Positions 8,553 to 13,173 of a stretch of DNA of 13,173 nt are shown one piece after another; positions within the stretch are counted from its first letter, which is position 1, and the number at the start of each line of letters is the position of its first letter. The translations under genes were made by a program, and so were the position numbers. A model generated the notes under the pieces. It was not told the origin of the DNA. It was given only the letters and a program-made list of their open reading frames with translations, and ran no database searches. The stretch lies in IMG/VR virus record IMGVR_UViG_638341082_000004, one strand, 5' to 3'. The DNA is from a virus (lineage: Duplodnaviria; Heunggongvirae; Uroviricota; Caudoviricetes).

Positions 8553-8631
8553 AAGTTCAATGATATTCGCTCTTGAATGTACTGTCAGTTCTGTTATAGC
8601 ATGTACTCAAAGTTCACATTGTGAGGGTGAT
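8553..8631. promoter_or_regulatory. Divergent racR/ydaS promoter-operator region (OR-like)
   Basis: 79-bp gap between divergent starts. TTGAAT (8573-8578) then TATAGC 16 bp later for ydaS; CTGACA-17bp-TATCAT on the minus strand for racR. ATGTACT occurs twice (8577-8583, 8601-8607). Confidence 0.5.
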
Positions 8632-8886
8632 ATGAACCAGAAAACACTTGAAGATGTAATCAAAACTGTTCGCGTTTCTGTTGTGGCCGACGTTTGTGGT
8701 GTCAGCCAAAGAGCAATCTACAAATGGATGGATAACGGAAAATTGCCTCGCACAGAATATACCGGCGAAACAAATTACGCTGAAAAAATCGCTCATGCAT
8801 CAAACGGATTATTTTCTGCCGATGCAATTTTAACTATTGGCAGAAATAAAACTACTACGAAAAAGCTGATGGGAGTTGATTCATGA
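8632..8886 (+). CDS. ydaS: Cro-like HTH protein YdaS
   Basis: 84-aa product MNQKTLEDVIKTVRVSVVADVCGVSQRAIYKWMDNGKLP... from ATG 8632 with SD GAGGG 6 nt upstream. The longer track start at 8560 would leave only 7 bp to the divergent racR. Confidence 0.8.
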   Translation: MNQKTLEDVIKTVRVSVVADVCGVSQRAIYKWMDNGKLPRTEYTGETNYAEKIAHASNGLFSADAILTIGRNKTTTKKLMGVDS

Positions 8887-9305
8887 AAATCAAGCATGAG
8901 CACATCGAATCAGTGTTGTTAGCCCTGGCAGCCGAAAAAGGGCAGGCGTGGGTCGCTAACGCAATTACTGAAGAATATCTGCGCCAGGGGGGCGGCGAAT
9001 TGCCCCTGGTACCAGGCAAGGACTGGAACAATCAGCAGAATATCTATCATCGTTGGTTGAAAGGTGAAACGAATGCGCAAAGGGAAAAAATTCAGAAACT
9101 GATCCCTGCGGTTCTGGCAATTCTTCCTCGCGAGCTGCGTCACCGACTCTGCATCTTCGATACCCTGGAACGCCGTGCATTACTGGCGGCACAGGATGCA
9201 CTGAGTACGGCAATTGATGCGCATGATGATGCAGTCCAGGCCGTTTACCGTAAAGCACATTTCAGCGGCGGCGGTTCTCCTAGCGATTCTGTCGTAGTGC
9301 ATTGA
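8883..9305 (+). CDS. ydaT: Rac prophage protein YdaT (CII-like/toxic when derepressed)
   Basis: 140-aa ORF MKIKHEHIESVLLALAAEKGQAWVANAITEEYLRQGG... with start overlapping the ydaS stop (ATGA). Confidence 0.85.
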   Translation: MKIKHEHIESVLLALAAEKGQAWVANAITEEYLRQGGGELPLVPGKDWNNQQNIYHRWLKGETNAQREKIQKLIPAVLAILPRELRHRLCIFDTLERRALLAAQDALSTAIDAHDDAVQAVYRKAHFSGGGSPSDSVVVH

Positions 9306-9318
9306 TTGAAATTAATCG

Positions 9319-9340
9319 TACCGAACTGTTTTGTTCGGTA
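9319..9340. other. Perfect 8-bp-arm hairpin between ydaT and ydaU
   Basis: TACCGAAC-tgtttt-GTTCGGTA read directly; no downstream U-tract. Confidence 0.4.
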
Positions 9341-9350
9341 TCAGTTAAAT

Positions 9351-9369
9351 GTAACGCTGCGAGCGTTAC
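9351..9369. repeat. Iteron-like palindrome GTAACGCT-gcg-AGCGTTAC (copy 1)
   Basis: Perfect 8-bp arms with 3-bp spacer, 14 bp upstream of the ydaU start. Confidence 0.55.
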
Positions 9370-9382
9370 AAGGTGAAAACAA

Positions 9383-10171
9383 ATGGCTTCAAACTGGATA
9401 AAGCTCGAAGTTATTACGCCGGATAAGCCGGAAATATTCAGGCTTGCTGAGATTCTGAATATTGATCCAGATGCCGCATTAGGGAAAGTCATTCGCTTCT
9501 GGGCATGGGCGGATCAACAAATGATAGACGGTAACGCAGAGTGTAACGCTCGCGGCGTTACAAAAAGTGCAATAGATCGCATCACTTTTATGGCTGGTTT
9601 TGCTGATGCGTTAATTCAGGTTGGATGGCTGGTCGAAACTAATGGTGTGTTGTCGCTTCCTAACTTTGAGCGCCATAACGGGAAAAGCTCTAAAAAACGG
9701 GCGGTTACAAACGAGAGAGTAACAAAAATACGAGAACTGAAACGAAAAGGTAACGCTGCCAGCGTTACAAAAACGGATCAAAAAGCGTTACCAGAGGAAG
9801 AGAAAGAGGAAGATATAAATACTTATCTCCCCCTAAATCCCCCTCGCCAAAAACGAGCGTCTAAAAAATTCGAACCGGAGGCTATCGAGCTGCCTGACTG
9901 GTTGCCGGAAACACTCTGGCATGAGTGGGTTCAGTTCAGGCAGGCATTGCGAAAACCGATTCGAACGGAGCAGGGCGCTAACGGGGCGATACGGGAGCTG
10001 GAAAAATTCCGCCAGCAGGGTTTTTCACCTGAGCAGGTGATTCGACACAGCATCGCCAACGAATACCAGGGCTTGTTCGCGCCGAAAGGTGTTCGACCTG
10101 AGACGTTACTCCGACAGGTTAACACCGTCTCGTTACCGGATAGTGCGATCCCGCCAGGCTTCAGGGGGTAA
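9383..10171 (+). CDS. ydaU: Putative replication initiation protein YdaU (lambda O-like position)
   Basis: 262-aa ORF MASNWIKLEVITPDKPEIFRLAEILNIDPDAALGKVIRFWAWADQQ... with SD AGGTG 7 nt upstream. It precedes the DnaC-like ydaV and contains iteron-like repeats. Confidence 0.85.
   Translation: MASNWIKLEVITPDKPEIFRLAEILNIDPDAALGKVIRFWAWADQQMIDGNAECNARGVTKSAIDRITFMAGFADALIQVGWLVETNGVLSLPNFERHNGKSSKKRAVTNERVTKIRELKRKGNAASVTKTDQKALPEEEKEEDINTYLPLNPPRQKRASKKFEPEAIELPDWLPETLWHEWVQFRQALRKPIRTEQGANGAIRELEKFRQQGFSPEQVIRHSIANEYQGLFAPKGVRPETLLRQVNTVSLPDSAIPPGFRG
9543..9561. repeat. Iteron-like palindrome GTAACGCT-cgc-GGCGTTAC (copy 2)
   Basis: Same motif as 9351-9369 with one arm mismatch, inside ydaU. 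Confidence 0.5.
9750..9768. repeat. Iteron-like palindrome GTAACGCT-gcc-AGCGTTAC (copy 3)
   Basis: Perfect arms, inside ydaU. Preceded by half-sites GGTTACAAA (9702-9710) and GTAACAAAAA (9719-9728) in an A-rich stretch. Confidence 0.5.
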
Positions 10172-10177
10172 CTGACC

Positions 10178-10924
10178 ATGAAAAATATTGCGACAGGCGA
10201 CGTTCTTGAACGTATCCGCAGACTGGCCCCGTCACATGTAACCGCGCCATTCAAGACGGTAGCGGAGTGGCGCGAGTGGCAACTTTCCGAAGGCCAGAAA
10301 CGTTGTGAGGAGATCAACCGTCAGAATCGTCAGTTGCGGGTGGAAAAAATTCTGAATCGCTCTGGCATCCAGCCATTGCACCGCAAATGCTCGTTTTCGA
10401 ATTACCAGGTGCAGAACGAAGGGCAGCGATACGCGTTGAGTCAGGCGAAATCCATCGCTGATGAACTGATGACCGGGTGTACAAATTTTGCGTTCAGCGG
10501 AAAACCTGGTACCGGGAAGAATCACTTAGCGGCAGCTATCGGGAATCGCCTGCTGAAAGACGGTCAGACAGTGATTGTGGTTACCGTGGCTGATGTTATG
10601 AGTGCCCTCCACGCCAGCTATGACGACGGGCAGTCAGGCGAAAAATTTTTGCGGGAACTGTGCGAAGTGGATCTGCTGGTTCTTGATGAAATTGGCATTC
10701 AGCGCGAGACGAAAAACGAGCAGGTGGTACTGCACCAGATTATTGATCGACGGACAGCGTCGATGCGTAGCGTGGGAATGCTGACAAACCTGAACTATGA
10801 GGCCATGAAAACATTGCTCGGCGAGCGGATTATGGATCGCATGACCATGAACGGCGGGCGATGGGTGAATTTTAACTGGGAGAGCTGGCGTCCGAATGTC
10901 GTCCAGCCAGGAATTGCGAAGTAA
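10178..10924 (+). CDS. ydaV: DnaC/IstB-like AAA+ helicase loader YdaV (lambda P analogue)
   Basis: 248-aa ORF with Walker A ([15 protein letters not shown]) and Walker B (DLLVLDEIG). SD AGGGGG upstream; begins 6 nt after the ydaU stop. Confidence 0.88.
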   Translation: MKNIATGDVLERIRRLAPSHVTAPFKTVAEWREWQLSEGQKRCEEINRQNRQLRVEKILNRSGIQPLHRKCSFSNYQVQNEGQRYALSQAKSIADELMTGCTNFAFSGKPGTGKNHLAAAIGNRLLKDGQTVIVVTVADVMSALHASYDDGQSGEKFLRELCEVDLLVLDEIGIQRETKNEQVVLHQIIDRRTASMRSVGMLTNLNYEAMKTLLGERIMDRMTMNGGRWVNFNWESWRPNVVQPGIAK

Positions 10925-10946
10925 TTTTTACCGGGAGAAAAATTTA

Positions 10947-11708
10947 ATGGAGACTGTTTTTGACGCACTGAAAGCAATGGGGAAAGCTACGTCGGTAGAA
11001 CTGGCTGCGCGACTTGATATCAGTCGTGAAGAAGTGCTGAACGAGCTGTGGGAACTGAAAAAGGCTGGCTTCGTTGATAAAAGCGTATACACCTGGCGCG
11101 TGGCTGATAACAACGTTCAGCAGGAACAGCCAGAGCAGGCAGAACTGCCGGAAGAAACCACCACGGCAACAGTCGCAAAAATTTCGGAGTGCGATTTAAC
11201 TGCGACGATTGAACAACGTGGCCCACAAACGGCGGATGAACTGGCTACGTTTTTCGGCATCACATCACGCAAAGTGGCTTCAACGCTGGCAATGGCAATC
11301 AATAAAGGTCGTCTGATTCGCGTTAATCAGAACGGTAAATTTCGTTACTGCATGCCGGGCGATAATTTACCAGCAGAGCCGAAAGCTGCATCGGTAGCGG
11401 AAACTGATGGTAAAGCCTTTCCTCAGCCAGCCGGTGTTGCGTTACCAGTACAGGAAGCGGCAACACAGGAAGATATTAAAACAGAAACTGTGGCGGACAT
11501 TGTGCAGTCGCTGCCATCGTTTACTGAAACGCAAGCGGATGACCTGGTTTTACCATCGCTGCATATGGCAAACCGCGAACTGCGTCGGGCGAAAAATCAT
11601 GTCCAGAAGTGGGAGCGAGTCTGCGCCGCGCTGCGGGAGCTGAACAAGCACCGGGATATTGTCCGACAGATTGTCGATTCCTCCAGTCGTATTGTGTCGG
11701 AAAAGTGA
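10947..11708 (+). CDS. ydaW: YdaW-like protein with two tandem winged-helix DNA-binding repeats
   Basis: Track ORF 10896..11708; probable start is ATG 10947 ([45 protein letters not shown]...). A second similar repeat follows ([33 protein letters not shown]). Assigned by synteny and partial recall. Confidence 0.65.
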   Translation: METVFDALKAMGKATSVELAARLDISREEVLNELWELKKAGFVDKSVYTWRVADNNVQQEQPEQAELPEETTTATVAKISECDLTATIEQRGPQTADELATFFGITSRKVASTLAMAINKGRLIRVNQNGKFRYCMPGDNLPAEPKAASVAETDGKAFPQPAGVALPVQEAATQEDIKTETVADIVQSLPSFTETQADDLVLPSLHMANRELRRAKNHVQKWERVCAALRELNKHRDIVRQIVDSSSRIVSEK

Positions 11709-11723
11709 TTGCCGGAGGCGCTT

Positions 11724-12146
11724 ATGGCAAAAGTTTTTACACAGGAAGAGCGGGAAAAAATTAAAGGGCAGGTTGTTGAGCTAGTACGCCGGAGTGGACG
11801 TGAGACGTTACGGCAACTGGAAGTCAAGACAGATGCGACAAGATATCTGATGAGCGTTCTCGCAAGAGAGCTGGTTGCCAGCGGCGATGTATACAACTCT
11901 GGTTACGGGTTATTCCCGTCTGAACAGGCGCGTAAGGACTGGCAAAATGCCCGTAAAAAGCTCTCAAGGGCAAAGCTGAAGAAACCATCTGCGGTTGATC
12001 CGGACCTTATCTGGTCATTACCTGACGGAGAAATACGTCGCTACGACAGGCGTCAGAACATAATCTGTCGCGAGTGCCGGAAGAGTGAAGTTATGCAGCG
12101 CATATTGTCGTTTTATCAGGGTGATGTTCGGTATTTATTGAAGTGA
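11724..12146 (+). CDS. Hypothetical prophage protein (unknown function)
   Basis: Track ORF 11709..12146 (TTG); probable start is ATG 11724 (MAKVFTQEEREKIKGQVVELVRR...), 140 aa. Composition matches the phage module. Not recognised. Confidence 0.55.
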   Translation: MAKVFTQEEREKIKGQVVELVRRSGRETLRQLEVKTDATRYLMSVLARELVASGDVYNSGYGLFPSEQARKDWQNARKKLSRAKLKKPSAVDPDLIWSLPDGEIRRYDRRQNIICRECRKSEVMQRILSFYQGDVRYLLK

Positions 12147-12214
12147 CGAGATTAAAGTGCATTAGTTCAGATGCAAATTGACATTTTGTGGCACAGGGTA
12201 GAGCTAGCGTGGTT

Positions 12215-12246
12215 GTCCGCTTTGTGCCAGAGGCGGACGTTTTGGG
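12215..12246 (+). terminator. Candidate intrinsic terminator after the replication-module operon
   Basis: GTCCGC-tttgtgccagag-GCGGAC followed by GTTTTGGGTAT. Short stem and modest T-tract, so weak. Confidence 0.3.
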
Positions 12247-12276
12247 TATATTAACCTTACACTTCATGGATACTAT

Positions 12277-12305
12277 TCAACATCTCTTTTAAATTATTGT
12301 AAAAT
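12277..12305 (+). promoter_or_regulatory. Candidate sigma70 promoter for the AT-rich cargo gene
   Basis: TCAACA (12277-12282), 17-bp spacer, TAAAAT (12300-12305) preceded by TG. The 10-mer ATTGTAAAAT recurs at 12296-12305 and 12340-12349. Confidence 0.3.
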
Positions 12306-12534
12306 CCGACGCATTCATTGATTTACGGAAACTTGGCGTATTGTAAAATTGAACATCAAGATTTACACTATGAAGGTTAGGATAGTTTGTTAAAAGCATA
12401 ATGCATGAGGCCTGAATCAGTTTATTAAAGAAGTTTTGTATGAATTAAGTGGGCTAAAAATATAATTTTGAAGTATTTATGACTACATGATTCATATTCA
12501 ATTATTTGAGTTAAATATTTTTCATGGAGAAATT

Positions 12535-13173
12535 ATGGACGTTAGAATATTCTCATTAGAATCTCAGAAGAGTAAAATTTATGATAGAAGAACTAGAAAA
12601 TATTTTGAAGAGGTTTATAAGAGCTATGCTAATGGTTGTTACCGTTCTGCTACCGTGATGCTATGGTCAGTAGTTGTATGTGATATTATTTTTAAGCTCC
12701 AAGAACTGCGAGATGTTCATAACGATGCTGTTGCGGAAAAGATATTATTAGAAATTGAAGCACTACAAAACGATGATCCTTACTCTCCTAAATGGGAAAA
12801 AGAGCTTATTAAAAGAGTTTTTGAAAGAACTCAATTATTAGACACTGCTTCAAACCATAAAGTTTTACTTATTCAAAAACACAGGCATTTATCTGCCCAT
12901 CCCGTAATAAGTGACGAAGATACGTTATTCGAGCCAACACAGGAAATGATTAGAAGTGACATTAGGAATAGTATAGAAGTAATATTAAGCAAGCCGCCAT
13001 TTATGTCTCAAAAAATACTTTCCACATTTGTTGCAGATCTAGAAAAGGTAAAGGACCTATTCCCTTCCGATAACGCGCTAAAAAAATACTTAGATGTTAA
13101 ATATTTCAAATCTTTAAACAAGGAAGTATTAGTTAAGATATTCAAGGGTTGTGGAAGTTTTCGTTTAGATCTG
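12535..13173 (+). CDS. 5' part of an unrecognised AT-rich cargo ORF (at least 213 codons, no stop in window); possible HEPN-like R-x4-H protein
   Basis: ATG 12535 with SD GGAGA 5 nt upstream; open to the last base. Hand translation: [60 protein letters not shown]...[19 protein letters not shown]...[10 protein letters not shown]. Markedly AT-rich by eye; not in the ORF track because it has no stop. Confidence 0.6.

Noticed and set aside
8560-8631. Longer ydaS start at 8560
   Set aside because: It would leave only 7 bp between the divergent racR and ydaS starts, with no room for promoters; ATG 8632 has a good SD.
8614-10525. Minus-strand ORFs antisense to ydaS/ydaT/ydaU/ydaV (8614..8796, 8919..9143, 8965..9258, 9280..9492, 9931..10317, 10232..10525)
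   Set aside because: Shadow ORFs opposite well-supported plus-strand genes.
11690-11712. One-base disagreement between my hand reading and the ORF track around the ydaW stop and next ORF start
   Set aside because: Most likely my miscount of a homopolymer A-run. I trusted the computed ORF coordinates; hand-derived coordinates elsewhere were cross-checked against track anchors.
10602-11896. ORFs 10602..10784 (+), 10795..10977 (-), 10928..11113 (-), 11020..11226 (-), 11117..11302 (-), 11407..11643 (+), 11597..11896 (-)
   Set aside because: Alternative-frame or antisense ORFs within ydaV, ydaW and the 145-aa ORF; arginine/serine-rich artefactual translations.
12178-12206. Perfect TTGACA hexamer at 12178-12183 as a -35 element
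   Set aside because: No acceptable -10 hexamer at 16-18 bp spacing (GAGCTA/AGAGCT), so not called as a promoter.
12487-12534. Upstream in-frame ATG at 12487 extending the cargo ORF by 16 codons
   Set aside because: No SD before it, whereas ATG 12535 has GGAGA at 5-nt spacing. Cannot be excluded without data.
1-13173. CRISPR arrays, tRNA or rRNA genes, prophage attachment site
   Set aside because: No regularly spaced direct repeats, no tRNA-like or rRNA-like sequence recognised, and the int gene ends at base 1, so the att site lies outside the window.

Overview
This window looks like the early (left) arm of a Rac-like lambdoid prophage from an Escherichia-type genome, identified by reading the ORF translations and the raw sequence; no database search was run. 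Gene order is: integrase (stop codon at bases 1-3, so the attachment site lies outside the window; 5' end interrupted by IS1), a complete 768-bp IS1, a ydaC remnant, ralR/lar, recT, recE, racC, ydaE, kilR, sieB, ydaF, ydaG, racR repressor, ydaS/ydaT, ydaU/ydaV replication genes, a ydaW-like tandem winged-helix protein and a 145-aa unknown ORF. Three small genes (ydaE, ydaF, ydaG) are below the ORF-track length cutoff and were found by hand translation. The most interesting part is the right end: after about 12,150 the DNA becomes visibly AT-rich (judged by eye) and carries the 5' part of an unrecognised ORF (12535 to the window end, at least 213 codons, no stop) with an R-x4-H motif reminiscent of HEPN nucleases. 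This is a candidate prophage-borne accessory or defence gene whose remainder and any partner genes lie beyond the window. Other points worth a second look are an IS1 with no target-site duplication that appears to have removed xis and the int 5' end, iteron-like palindromes in and just upstream of ydaU (candidate origin), and a recurring ATGTACT motif in both putative operator regions flanking racR. No rRNA, tRNA or CRISPR array was recognised.
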